From Candidatus Latescibacterota bacterium (GTDB lineage: Bacteria > Latescibacterota > UBA2968 > UBA8231), in NCBI GenBank assembly GCA_965248265.1, contig CBDFJF010000002.1:1984001-2048000 (forward strand): a DNA stretch of 64,000 nt, given 5' to 3'. Position numbers and translations under genes: made by a program. Shown piece after piece: positions 29,398 through 39,477 of this stretch. How positions within the stretch are numbered: position 1 is the stretch's first letter; the number at the start of each line of letters is the position of its first letter. The notes under the pieces are model-generated. The model was not told the origin of the DNA. It ran no database searches and worked only from the letters and a program-made list of their open reading frames with translations.

Positions 29398-30426
29398 ATG
29401 CCCATTCTTCCGTTTTTCGTGCGCCGCGGTTGGTTGATGACGAGCCAGTGGCTGACCGATCGCGACCGACCTGATCTCGAACGACTGCGCAGTCTGACGA
29501 GTCCGGAACGATTCCTGTGGGCGATCCTGCCTCATGCAGCGCGTACCTTCGGTTCCTGCATTTTGTTGCTTCCCAGAGACAAGGCCTACGCGGCCGCGGT
29601 CGGTTATCTCTACTGCCGCACGCTGGATACCTACGAGGATCTCGCCGCTGATCCCGCACCATTGCTCCAGACGTTCGGCAACCGCTTCGACGCCAGACCG
29701 TTGCCGCCGCCGCCGCACCTCGTCGATCCTCAAGTACAGGACATTCGGGATCGTGCTCACCTGGTTCTCGTGGAGTGCCTGGATCGAGTGGATGCAGTAT
29801 TCGCGCGTCTGGAAAGAACCCACCAGGAGTCGATCGCCCGCTGTGTCAGCGACATGGCGATCGGAATGCAGCAGCGCCGCGCCGACGGCTCAGGGGATGT
29901 GTTGGCTTATTGCCGGGCTGTGATCGGACATCCCGTCGTCTTCGCGCTGGAGCTCCTGCTGGAGCGCCGTCTAGATACGGAGGAGCGCGCCAACGCAATG
30001 CGAGTAGGGGAGATGGTGCAGCTGGCGAATATCACGCGCGATATTGAGAAAGATCTGTCCCGCGGTGTCGTCTACGATACGCGGCTACAGGACTCGCAGG
30101 ACAGCGACACGGTCCGCGCCGTACGGGACGATCTGATGCGGATGGCGTTGGAGCGGATGCCGGCCTACGAGCATCTCATGAGTATGTTGGAACTGCCGCG
30201 GTTTCAACTGGGAAGAGCCTCGGCGCTGCTGATGTTGTTGTTCACCAACCGCTACTACGATGAGTGTGCCCGGCGTCTGGGATATGAAGGATGGGCGGCT
30301 GCGGAGTCGACGGCAGGACTGTTCGCGCGTGTGTTCCCGGCGGCTTTCTCGCACCGCTATGCCATGAGAGTGGCGGGAGGCGTTGAGCGGGCCCTGGACG
30401 GCTTCAGTCGAACGGTGGATGGTTGA
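29398..30426 (+). CDS. Squalene/phytoene synthase family protein
   Basis: LPHAARTF, YLYCRTLDTYED, YCRAV and QLANITRDIEKD Asp-rich motifs. Confidence 0.85.
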   Translation: MPILPFFVRRGWLMTSQWLTDRDRPDLERLRSLTSPERFLWAILPHAARTFGSCILLLPRDKAYAAAVGYLYCRTLDTYEDLAADPAPLLQTFGNRFDARPLPPPPHLVDPQVQDIRDRAHLVLVECLDRVDAVFARLERTHQESIARCVSDMAIGMQQRRADGSGDVLAYCRAVIGHPVVFALELLLERRLDTEERANAMRVGEMVQLANITRDIEKDLSRGVVYDTRLQDSQDSDTVRAVRDDLMRMALERMPAYEHLMSMLELPRFQLGRASALLMLLFTNRYYDECARRLGYEGWAAAESTAGLFARVFPAAFSHRYAMRVAGGVERALDGFSRTVDG

Positions 30427-30433
30427 GTGATGG

Positions 30434-32131
30434 TCAAGTGGTCGCCACGGCGACCATCTGTCTCACCTTATCCACACTGAACGGTTTTTGAAGATGGTGA
30501 TCGAAGGCCTGTAACCTGGGATCGTCATCCGGCAGGTGCCAACCCGTTATCAGGATCGTTGCCAGTGACGGGTAGCGCTGGCACAATTCCAGGGCAACCT
30601 TGTCACCCGCCACATCAGGCAGTCCGAGGTCGACGAAGGCCACATCGAGTGTAACTCCTGCAAACTTCTCCCCGATGGCTTCCCGGCCATCTCGAGCTCT
30701 GTACACCACGTGATCGCGTTGGAGGCAAGCGGTTATTACCTCCGCCACGTGATCGTCATCTTCAACAACCAGTATGTTGCTGCGCCGGGTAACGGCCGAC
30801 GAAGGAGGCTCAGCTTCTTCTTGTTGGGGAATCGCGCCTCTCCATGCGGGCAGCACGATCGTGAAGACGGCCCCTTTGCCTGGAGCGCTCTGCACATCGA
30901 TGCTACCCTCCCAGCGGGTTACCGTGCCGTAAATGGTCGACAACCCCAATCCGGTGCCCACGTCCATCTTGGTCGTAAAGAACGGTTCGAACAGACGCCG
31001 ACGAGTGGCCTCGTCCATGCCGACTCCGGTGTCCTGGACAACCAGCTGAACAGCGTCGCTGTCGTCGGACGCAGTGCGAATCGTGATTGTGCCTCCGTCA
31101 GGCATGGCATCGACGGCGTTCAACAGCAGGTTGGTGAGAATCTCATTCATTCCGTTGACAGTACCGCTGACGTGCGGCACCGCTTCCAGTTCCATGACCA
31201 CTTCAATTGCGATGCCAGCAAATGCGGTTTCGTCCTGCCACCTGGGCCTGGTTGTGTGGACGGTTTCGCGAACAATTTCGTTGAGATCGACGGGCTCTTG
31301 AGGTTGTTCGCCTTCCATGCGCACGGCGCGATGAAGACGTTTGACGAGGTCGCTGGCCCTGACCGTGCTGGCGACGATCTCATCGATGCTGGAAGCGATT
31401 GCCTGGTCCTTGTTTTCCTCCTGCAGCAGGGTGGCGTACCCAAGAACCACGCTCAGCATGTTGTTGAGGTTGTGGCTGACGCCAGCGGACATTTCGCCAA
31501 GAGCGCGGAGTCGTTCCAGACGGACAAGCTCACCAGCGACCTTGTTGCGTTCCGTCATATCCTCCACCACGGCCTGCAGGTGAGGTATGTCCTGAATGGT
31601 CACCGGTCTCAGGCTCAATAGCGCATCGTAAGGCGTCCCGTCCTTGCGCTTGAACTTCACCTCCAGCTGTCGGACCGCCCCCTGCTCCTGAAGGAGTTGG
31701 AGCGCCCTGTTGCGTTCTTCGGGGTCGAAATAGAGCTCGGCGACTGTCTCGGTCGCTTCCATGTCCTCCGGAGTGTAACCGCCCGGCCTCAAGATCGCTT
31801 CATTGAAGGCGATGATCTTGCCGCTCATGTCCGTCACGCCCAGACCGACGGGAGCCGCCTCGAAGAGGACGCGGAATTTCTCCTCGCTCTCGCGCAATGC
31901 TCGCTCCGTGCGCTCGTGTCTCGCAACCAACTTGACCTGGATGAGGCCGAAGGCTATGAACAGCAAAAACAAGGCACCCCGGAAGTAGGCATCCATGGGT
32001 GTCACGTCGAACAGCAGGACGTCGAGGAAGGGACTTTCGTAGAAGAGCAGGTAGTCGAAAAAGGCATCCAGAATGCACGCAACCAGACCCGTCAGGGCCG
32101 CGAGGATTATGATCCTGCGTTTACTCTTCAT
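30434..32131 (-). CDS. PAS-domain hybrid sensor histidine kinase/response regulator
   Basis: Two TM, PAS, SHNLNN H-box, EPFFTTK..GTGLGLS, C-terminal REC. Confidence 0.92.
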   Translation of the reverse strand: MKSKRRIIILAALTGLVACILDAFFDYLLFYESPFLDVLLFDVTPMDAYFRGALFLLFIAFGLIQVKLVARHERTERALRESEEKFRVLFEAAPVGLGVTDMSGKIIAFNEAILRPGGYTPEDMEATETVAELYFDPEERNRALQLLQEQGAVRQLEVKFKRKDGTPYDALLSLRPVTIQDIPHLQAVVEDMTERNKVAGELVRLERLRALGEMSAGVSHNLNNMLSVVLGYATLLQEENKDQAIASSIDEIVASTVRASDLVKRLHRAVRMEGEQPQEPVDLNEIVRETVHTTRPRWQDETAFAGIAIEVVMELEAVPHVSGTVNGMNEILTNLLLNAVDAMPDGGTITIRTASDDSDAVQLVVQDTGVGMDEATRRRLFEPFFTTKMDVGTGLGLSTIYGTVTRWEGSIDVQSAPGKGAVFTIVLPAWRGAIPQQEEAEPPSSAVTRRSNILVVEDDDHVAEVITACLQRDHVVYRARDGREAIGEKFAGVTLDVAFVDLGLPDVAGDKVALELCQRYPSLATILITGWHLPDDDPRLQAFDHHLQKPFSVDKVRQMVAVATT

Positions 32132-32264
32132 GAGTGACCGTCTACCAACTCGACTTGCGGTTGCCCCACGGTCTCGCGCACAGGGCCTCTATTTCGGAGA
32201 AAAAAATGTGTCCGGCGTGTGAGGCGAGAGCCACGGCGGGAGGCGCCGCGGAGCGCTCGGTGCC

Positions 32265-33431
32265 TCAAAGATCCTGAAGAAGGACGAGGACGTTCTGGTT
32301 CTGAGTGTTTGCCTGCGCGAGGATCGAAGTGCCGACCTGGGACAGGATCTGCGCCCGGGTCAGATTGGTGACTTCGGCGGCGAAATCGGCATCGCTGATG
32401 GTCGATTCAGAGGCCTGAATCGAGGTGATGGCCTCCTCGGTCGAACTGATGGAAAAATTGAGCCTGTTCTGCACGGCGCCGATGGTACCGCGCTCCTGCG
32501 CGACGGTGCTGATGGCGCTGTCTATGGAGGTGATAGCGGTCTGGGCCGTCGAAATGCTGGCGACTGAAGTGCTAGCCAGATTCAGTTGGGTGCCGGTCGC
32601 GCGCAGGTCGGGAACGGAAACCTCGATGCGGTTGGCGGCCGTGTTCGTCGACCCAACTTGGAAGGAGCCTCCCGTACCAGACTGTATGACGATCTGAGTA
32701 CTGCCAAGATCACCATCCAAAAATTGACCTGTGGCGCCGGTGACGTTGGCTCCTGCAAGTGTGACCTGGATCCCCAGCGTATCGAAATTGGCGACTACCT
32801 GGGTGCCGGTCGCCACGACCCCTGCATCGAGAATGGTTCCAACAGATAGAGTCTGCGAGAGGGTGCCGTTGCCCAGTGTTATTTGGTTGTCACCAGCTGT
32901 GTCGACGAAGTTGAAGGTCCCCGCCTGGGCTCCCGAGAGCCTTACCCCTGTCACGCCTGTTACATTGCTGGTGGCAAGTGTACTGGAAGTCGCGTCGACC
33001 GAATTGCCGAACCCGGTGAGCAATACCTGGTTGTTGAAGGTCGTGCTGAGGGCGATGCGATCGATCTCGGAGACCAGTTGGCTGAACTCCGTCTGTATCG
33101 CCTCTCGATTGGTATCGGTGAGGGTGCTGGAGGAGGATTGAACCGCCAGTTCGCGCGTGCGGATTAGAATGTCGTTGACCTGGGCCAGAGAGCCTTCAGC
33201 CGTCTGCAGCAGGTCGTTGGCCTGCGAGGCGTTTTTTTCACTGGCTCGCAATCCGGCCAGATCGGCTCGCAAGCCTTCGCGTACCGACAGACCAGCTGCG
33301 TCATCGCTGGCGCGGTTGATCCTGAGGCCGGAAGACAACCTCTCCGTCGTCGCGCTCAGTGACTGGGTGGTATTGCCCAGGTTCCGAGCGGCATTCAGCG
33401 CCGAAATGTTGGTGTTTATGCTTAGTGCCAC
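32265..33431 (-). CDS. fliC: Flagellin (orphan)
   Basis: INTNISAL, ERLSSGLRINRASDDAAG, RELAVQ, GAVQNRL, ISDADFAAE and LAQAN motifs; GTG start. Confidence 0.93.
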   Translation of the reverse strand: MALSINTNISALNAARNLGNTTQSLSATTERLSSGLRINRASDDAAGLSVREGLRADLAGLRASEKNASQANDLLQTAEGSLAQVNDILIRTRELAVQSSSSTLTDTNREAIQTEFSQLVSEIDRIALSTTFNNQVLLTGFGNSVDATSSTLATSNVTGVTGVRLSGAQAGTFNFVDTAGDNQITLGNGTLSQTLSVGTILDAGVVATGTQVVANFDTLGIQVTLAGANVTGATGQFLDGDLGSTQIVIQSGTGGSFQVGSTNTAANRIEVSVPDLRATGTQLNLASTSVASISTAQTAITSIDSAISTVAQERGTIGAVQNRLNFSISSTEEAITSIQASESTISDADFAAEVTNLTRAQILSQVGTSILAQANTQNQNVLVLLQDL

Positions 33432-33569
33432 TGTAGTAGACCTCTTGGGGGAAATCTACCTCAAGGTACATCACACAAGCGCGGGTATCAAGTATAAAAA
33501 ATAAGGGGTTATCGCAGGGCGGGGACGACTGCCCTTTTGGCAGTTTATCGACTGCCTATTGTAGCCGAC

Positions 33570-36182
33570 TCAGGCGCCGGCACTCCGCTCACGCGTGAGT
33601 CCTGCTGCTTCATCGATGATTCTGGCCACGTCGTCGCTCTCAAACGGTTTGCTCAACAGCAAGTCGACGTCGGCATGTTGATCCGTGTTATCCCTGAACT
33701 GCCATCCCGTCATCAGCACCGTTGCCGTCGTCGGCGACCGCTGCTTGACCTCCTGAATGAGTTCCAGGCCTGAGACTTCCGCCATTACCCAATCGGTTAC
33801 GATAACGTCGAAGTCGTGGGCTCGGATGCGCTCCTGCGCCGACTGGCCGCTGGACAGACATTCGACGCGGTGCTGGATTAGAAGAGGCTGAATCATCTCC
33901 AGTACCCGCGGTTCGTCGTCGACTACCAGGATGTCGAGTTTCTGCAGACGTGGCGGCGCCTCCAGGTCGTCTTCGTCCAGTGACTCGGCCGCCTCGCTCA
34001 ACGGAACGCTGATGACGAAGGTTGTGCCCGAATCCGGCCGGCTCTCAATGCGGACCCGACCACCCATGCCCCGAACCAGTCCCCACACCGTGCTCAATCC
34101 CAACCCCGTGCCGCTCTCGGAGCCTTTGGTCGTGAAGAAGGGCTCGAAAACCCGCCTGCGCGTCTCCTCATCCATACCGATGCCGGTGTCTGCCACGGTC
34201 AGTTGGATCTCACCCGAATCAAAGCGTGTAGACACGGTTATGGTGCCCCCATCGGGCATGGCATCGACGGCATTGAAGATCAGATTGGATAGAATCTCCT
34301 GCCAGGCCGACTCCGGTGTCTCAATCGGTGGTACGTCGGCGAGGTCGGTCTCCACATGGATCGAGCGTCCCTGGCGCTCCGGCTCAGACTTCCACTTGGG
34401 GGTCGTCATGTCGATGACCTCGCAGACAACCTTGGACAAGTCGACCTGGTCTGTTCTGTCCGGATCAGTGGGCCGGCCGAAGGTCTGGATGCGGCGGACG
34501 ATCGCCGAACAATTGCGCGCCGATTCCAATATGCGCTCTGCTTCTTCGCGCACCGGGGTGGACACGTCCTCCCGCAGCGCCAGCAGCTCCGCATTCATCA
34601 AGATGACTGTCAGGAGGTTGTTAAAATTATGCGCCACCCCGGCGGCCATTTCACCAAGAGCTCTCAGTTTTTCTGCTTGATGCAATTGCTCGCGAAAGCG
34701 GACCGTGGCCAACTCGCGCTCGCGGCGGTCAGTCACGTCTCTGGCAATGGCGTGAATGCCCACAGGGTCATCCGCCTCGGTCAACCACCTGGAAACAACT
34801 TCGAAGGTTGAGGTGTTACCGCTGCGTCCGATGAATGCGGCCTCGAAACTGGGACGCGGATCACCGGCTACGGCCAGTTCCTCCTGAACGCGAAGCCGTT
34901 CGGTGTCCTCGGGTGCCAGCACAGAGTAAAGGCTGGTACCGACCAGCTCGCGCGAGTCGAAGCCAAAAAACTGCTGCGCGGCGCGATTGGCGGAGGTCAA
35001 TACCAGGTTCAGATCGGTCGTGAAGACGAGATCGTTGGCGTTGTCGAACAGGTCGCGGTAGGCGCGCTCTGAGGCCTCCAGCGCCTGGGTGGAGAGGGCC
35101 AGTGCTGCAGCCATATCATTGAAATACTCCGCGAGACCCCCGAATTCGTCCCGCCGCTTCACCGGTATTCGATGCCCGAGCTCGCCAGCCGCCAGCCGTT
35201 TCGTGCCTTCCTGCAACTCTTCCACCGGCTGCGTCAAACGGCGGGAGCCGATTACACTGATGATGATGGCAACCAGCAGCACCGCACCGCCAATGCCGAG
35301 CAGGGCGCGTTCCAGGATGCCGACGAATTCGAGCGCCTCATCGAGAGACAATTGGATTACGTACAAGGTCCGGTTGGCCTCGCCAACGGCGCCGGTTACG
35401 GACTCACGATCCGAGAATGAAGGATCGAACACATGAGCAACAGAAAAGAAGGTCTCCTCGCCGACATTCACGAGGAAGGTTTCACCCGTTGTGAGCTCTG
35501 CTTCTTCGAAACCGCGCAACAGCTCTGCATGGTCATCGCTGTCCCAGGAAGATCCCATGAGTTCATCGCCATGGAGAAAAGAAACGTGGCCATGCATCAG
35601 CTGTTTCAGTCGCGCTGCCTCGCTGTCATCCATCAGGAAACCGGTTATTAGGGCGCCGACAATCAAGTCCTGGGCGAACACGGGTACGCTGACTATCTGA
35701 TAGAGCCGCCCTGCTTCGGCCAGCAGTCCAGTATAGTCACGGCCGCTGACGGCATTGGCCACAGGACTCACCAGGCGTAAGTCCTGACCATAGGTAGGGG
35801 CCTTGCCGCGTTCGATATAGGCCAGTACGCGGCCGGCGCAGTCCGTGGCAACGAACAGGTCGCTGTCTATCATCACCTGAAGCTCGTCTGCAACGGGCTG
35901 AACCGTGCGCGCATGGCTGTCGAAGTCCCCAGCCGGGATATCCAGGGTGGCGGAGAAGCGGGGGCTGTCGGCTACGACTTCCAACTGCTGTTGGCGAAAT
36001 CTTGACCGCTCGAACAATAGCTCCTCGAGCACGGCGCTGGACAAATCCAACTCCTCACGAAGCTGACTCTTCACTTGCCTTTCGACATACCCTCGAGTCA
36101 CCAACAGCGCCAGGCCCACGAGCGAGGCGACGATAAGGCATATAAAAAGGATGAGGCGGGTTCTCAGCGTCAGCGGAACCAT
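33570..36182 (-). CDS. Hybrid sensor histidine kinase (Cache-like periplasmic, HAMP, PAS, HisKA, HATPase, REC)
   Basis: TM...TM, RRDEFGGLA HAMP, PAS, AHNFNN, GTGLGLS, REC (VVDDE, TDWVM, KPF). Confidence 0.92.
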   Translation of the reverse strand: MVPLTLRTRLILFICLIVASLVGLALLVTRGYVERQVKSQLREELDLSSAVLEELLFERSRFRQQQLEVVADSPRFSATLDIPAGDFDSHARTVQPVADELQVMIDSDLFVATDCAGRVLAYIERGKAPTYGQDLRLVSPVANAVSGRDYTGLLAEAGRLYQIVSVPVFAQDLIVGALITGFLMDDSEAARLKQLMHGHVSFLHGDELMGSSWDSDDHAELLRGFEEAELTTGETFLVNVGEETFFSVAHVFDPSFSDRESVTGAVGEANRTLYVIQLSLDEALEFVGILERALLGIGGAVLLVAIIISVIGSRRLTQPVEELQEGTKRLAAGELGHRIPVKRRDEFGGLAEYFNDMAAALALSTQALEASERAYRDLFDNANDLVFTTDLNLVLTSANRAAQQFFGFDSRELVGTSLYSVLAPEDTERLRVQEELAVAGDPRPSFEAAFIGRSGNTSTFEVVSRWLTEADDPVGIHAIARDVTDRRERELATVRFREQLHQAEKLRALGEMAAGVAHNFNNLLTVILMNAELLALREDVSTPVREEAERILESARNCSAIVRRIQTFGRPTDPDRTDQVDLSKVVCEVIDMTTPKWKSEPERQGRSIHVETDLADVPPIETPESAWQEILSNLIFNAVDAMPDGGTITVSTRFDSGEIQLTVADTGIGMDEETRRRVFEPFFTTKGSESGTGLGLSTVWGLVRGMGGRVRIESRPDSGTTFVISVPLSEAAESLDEDDLEAPPRLQKLDILVVDDEPRVLEMIQPLLIQHRVECLSSGQSAQERIRAHDFDVIVTDWVMAEVSGLELIQEVKQRSPTTATVLMTGWQFRDNTDQHADVDLLLSKPFESDDVARIIDEAAGLTRERSAGA

Positions 36183-36197
36183 TGCAGTCTATCAGAC

Positions 36198-36866
36198 TCA
36201 GAAATCCAGCGGCAGGTTGACGACGCTTGTGTGCGAGGGAACTGTGATTACCGCGTGCTTCTCTCCGGCCGTCGGGTGCCAGGCCTTTACCGTGTAGGAC
36301 CCCGGAGGAATGTTCTCAAGGCGGAAGGCCCCAGATGAATCCGGAGCCGTGAAGAAGTGATGGTCCAGCACAACGATGTAGGCCTTCATGCGGGAGTGTA
36401 TCTCGCAGCGCACGACCACGATGGCATCCTCGTCAAAACGCACGCTGGCCTTCTCGCCGCCAGCGAAGCGGCCGAGGTCGAAACGGTCGCCGGAAACGAT
36501 GGAGAAGACGTTGTGATAGTAGTCGTCTTCGTTGGGGAACTCCACCTTCGAGCCGACCGCAATCGGCAGGACATGCGGAATAAAGCGGTCGCTATTCTGT
36601 CGCATCACCAAAGGCCCGGCGGCCGGTGTGGGGGGAGAGGAGGCAGGTGGATTTTCCAGATAGACAACCACATCGACCGGTGACGGCGCTCGTGGTGTTG
36701 GCCGTTTTGCCGACGAGCGATAAACGCCGCGGTTATATGCCACCGGTTTCTCGCGTTGAGGCGCGGCAGTCAACGATACGGTCCCCTCTATCGTCGCAGA
36801 CCGGAGCGGCATGGCGTTGAAGACCAGAGTGACGGCTATCGTGATGGCGAAAACCAGGCGCTTCAT
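36198..36866 (-). CDS. Periplasmic cupredoxin-like/carboxypeptidase-regulatory-like protein
   Basis: Signal peptide; FPNED..YHNVFS and CEIHSRM (H-C-H-M type-1 copper-like set); C-terminal G.YTVKAWHP. Confidence 0.8.
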   Translation of the reverse strand: MKRLVFAITIAVTLVFNAMPLRSATIEGTVSLTAAPQREKPVAYNRGVYRSSAKRPTPRAPSPVDVVVYLENPPASSPPTPAAGPLVMRQNSDRFIPHVLPIAVGSKVEFPNEDDYYHNVFSIVSGDRFDLGRFAGGEKASVRFDEDAIVVVRCEIHSRMKAYIVVLDHHFFTAPDSSGAFRLENIPPGSYTVKAWHPTAGEKHAVITVPSHTSVVNLPLDF

Positions 36867-36897
36867 CAGTCGACGGTCCTCAGGGGATCAGAATACA

Positions 36898-38163
36898 TCA
36901 GAAAACAATGGTCAGTTGGGCGGCGACGATGTTCTCGTCAGACGAGGATGGCCGGCCCGAGTCGTTGAGTTGAGCGACCAGCTTGTAGATGACAGCATCG
37001 CTGGCGCGATATCCCAGGCCGAGTTCGATCCGATCGACATCATAATCCCACGACTGTACACTGCCGCTACCGGTACCGTCATCGATCTCATCATAACGCA
37101 AGCCACTGTACCGTCCGGCGGCCAGTAGTCCGGGAGCCAATTTGTAGGTGGCCTCGGCATAGAATCCGATCACACTCAGGTCCTGCACGCCTCCACCCGC
37201 ATCGACGATGTTCGGTGATTCCCATGAATTGAAGGCGATCTCGCTCGTCAACGACAGGTGCCGGATTCCGTATTCCATGGCAAGGCCGGTGATTTTCTGG
37301 TCAAAGTCTTCTACTCCAACGCCGTTCAGGTGCGGGGCCACGGATCGGTCCAGGTAAGGCCCCTGCGCGTATGAGCCCTGAACGAACAAACCGGCAAATG
37401 GTACGAATCCCAGGCGGCCGGCAACCTGTCTGCCGTCATTGTTGTCACTGGCACCCGAGCGCGGATCCGACAACGTGCCCTGAGTCACTGCCAGGGAGTA
37501 CTCCAGCCGCCAGGCTGATCCAACGATGCCGCCTCCGAAGTCCCAGCAGGAATCGTATATCATTGGCAGACCCCTGAATGAGGCCGGGGATCCCCCGCCG
37601 CCATAACCGGTGAACCGGCCGGGGAAGCCCTGACCCCGGTGGGCCAGCAGGTCGGCATTGTCGGATGGTAGCTGATTGGAGCGCAGCGATGAAGCGTAGT
37701 GATACATCAACGGGTAGCCGATCAGTGGGTTCTTATCGGAATAAGCCCGCTGGGTGAAGTGCCCGAAGGGTGTCGGTATCTTGCCGATCTCGAGGTTGAG
37801 ATGTCCCTTCTCGCCGGCGATGACGTTGTAGCGCAGGTACGACCGAAGAAAGGACCCAATAGAGGCGCTGCTGGAGGGGTCCAGAAATGTGCGGTTGAAG
37901 ACGGTGAGGTGGTCGTTGACGGCAATGTCAGCGGCAAGGCTCAGCCGCACGTGGTTGAAGGGGCTGTCGCCTCTTCTCTGTCGGTTGTCATCGAGCGCAT
38001 CACTATCGGCCGCAGAGAGCAGGAAGTCGACGGTCGCGCCCGGAAACACGGATGGACCTGCCATCCCCGCCTCATCAGATTGGGCCGTCTGGGCTGCACC
38101 AGCAACACAGAGCGCGCACAGGAAGGGAAGGCAATACGCGGATGGTGTTCCGAACACCTGCAA
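36898..38163 (-). CDS. Outer-membrane beta-barrel protein
   Basis: Signal peptide, GKIPTPFG.F, DNNDGRQVAGRLG, C-terminal IVF; TTG start after GGAG. Confidence 0.75.
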   Translation of the reverse strand: MQVFGTPSAYCLPFLCALCVAGAAQTAQSDEAGMAGPSVFPGATVDFLLSAADSDALDDNRQRRGDSPFNHVRLSLAADIAVNDHLTVFNRTFLDPSSSASIGSFLRSYLRYNVIAGEKGHLNLEIGKIPTPFGHFTQRAYSDKNPLIGYPLMYHYASSLRSNQLPSDNADLLAHRGQGFPGRFTGYGGGGSPASFRGLPMIYDSCWDFGGGIVGSAWRLEYSLAVTQGTLSDPRSGASDNNDGRQVAGRLGFVPFAGLFVQGSYAQGPYLDRSVAPHLNGVGVEDFDQKITGLAMEYGIRHLSLTSEIAFNSWESPNIVDAGGGVQDLSVIGFYAEATYKLAPGLLAAGRYSGLRYDEIDDGTGSGSVQSWDYDVDRIELGLGYRASDAVIYKLVAQLNDSGRPSSSDENIVAAQLTIVF

Positions 38164-38337
38164 AAGATTGCTCCAGTCGTTGTAAACGGACGCTTACTTT
38201 GGAATCCCCAAAGATAGGTCATGAGGGCGCAAGACCAAACTGCTTTGAATCACCGGCTCGGATTCAGTGATGGGCAGCATGTGGAACGAGAACTATTAGC
38301 GCTCGAGGGATACTTCGGGGAAGCCATCCCCGAGCAC

Positions 38338-39477
38338 CTATTTTTTCCCAGTTCTCCGAGCACGCGGGAACCGTTTGTCGAGGAAACGCCCGTTTTTCTG
38401 CAACAGTTCGCCGTCCGCGTAGATCTCACCGCCCGGACGCAGATCACAGACCATATCCCAGTGCAGGCCGCTCTGGTTGTTGCTGCCGGTCTCGGGGTAG
38501 GCGCTGCCAAGGGCAAGATGGATGGTGCCGCCGATTTTCTCGTCGAAGAGCGTATTGCGGGTGTACCGGGTGATGTTGTAATTGGTGGCGATGGCTGCCT
38601 CGCCGACGTAGGCTGAACCGCGGTCCATGCCTACCATGGCTTTCAGGAAGTCCTCACCCTTGCTGGCCTCCGCCTTGACGACGCGGCCTTTCTCAAAGGC
38701 CAATCGCGCGCCGACAACCTCCTGCCCGCCGTGCACGGCTGGAAAACTGAAGGCGATGTGCCCCTCGACACTGGTTTCCTCCGGCCCGGTAAAGATTTCG
38801 CCATCCGGGAAGTTGTACTGGCCGTCGCAGTTGATCCAGGTGCGACCCTTACAGCTATAAGTCAGGTCGGTGTCTTCGGCGACGATGCGGATGGAGCGAG
38901 CCCGGTTGAGGCGCCTTGTCAGTGCCTGCTGCGACTTGGAGATGTCCTTCCAGATCCGCACTGGATCTTTCTCGTCCAGAAAGCCAGCTCCAAAGACGAA
39001 ATTCTCATACGCCTCCAGCGACATCTCGGCGTCCTGGGCACTGGCATGACACGGCCACTGAGTGCCCACCCAACGCAGGTCGCCGCGAGCGCTGCGATCC
39101 ATGAATATCTTGTTTAACGACCGGTTGGCCTTGGATGCGAGGGCCATCTTCTTGGGATCTGAACCGCTCAGGGCTCTCGTGTTCTGGCTGCCCCAGATGC
39201 CAATCGTAGCGTCGACACTCCTAAGCTTGTGTCTGCTGTACGGATTGACCCAGGTCAGCTGCTTGGGCTTGGCGACTTCGAAGAAGATCTCCGACAGACC
39301 GTCAATGCCGATTTCCGTCATCGGATGCGCACCGCATTCCAGTGCTTCGCGGTAACAGGCCCTTATCAGTGGTGAGGCGATGGCATCACCGCGAATGATT
39401 ACCGTGTTGCCCGGCTTCAGCTTGACCGAGTAGCGGGTCATCAACTGCGCCAGCTTGTCGATACGGGGGTCAGCCAT
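38338..39477 (-). CDS. Aminopeptidase, M29 (AmpS/PepS) family
   Basis: NFPDGEIFTGP, GEAAI, TLFDEKIGGTIHLALGSAY and HWDMV motifs. Confidence 0.93.
   Translation of the reverse strand: MADPRIDKLAQLMTRYSVKLKPGNTVIIRGDAIASPLIRACYREALECGAHPMTEIGIDGLSEIFFEVAKPKQLTWVNPYSRHKLRSVDATIGIWGSQNTRALSGSDPKKMALASKANRSLNKIFMDRSARGDLRWVGTQWPCHASAQDAEMSLEAYENFVFGAGFLDEKDPVRIWKDISKSQQALTRRLNRARSIRIVAEDTDLTYSCKGRTWINCDGQYNFPDGEIFTGPEETSVEGHIAFSFPAVHGGQEVVGARLAFEKGRVVKAEASKGEDFLKAMVGMDRGSAYVGEAAIATNYNITRYTRNTLFDEKIGGTIHLALGSAYPETGSNNQSGLHWDMVCDLRPGGEIYADGELLQKNGRFLDKRFPRARRTGKK

Noticed and set aside
30468-30476. Perfect DnaA box TTATCCACA
   Set aside because: Single copy inside a coding region with no oriC context.
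33432-33569. Sigma28 promoter for flagellin (GTCGATAA / TGCGATAA elements)
   Set aside because: No TAAA -35 at the required spacing, so it is too weak to call.
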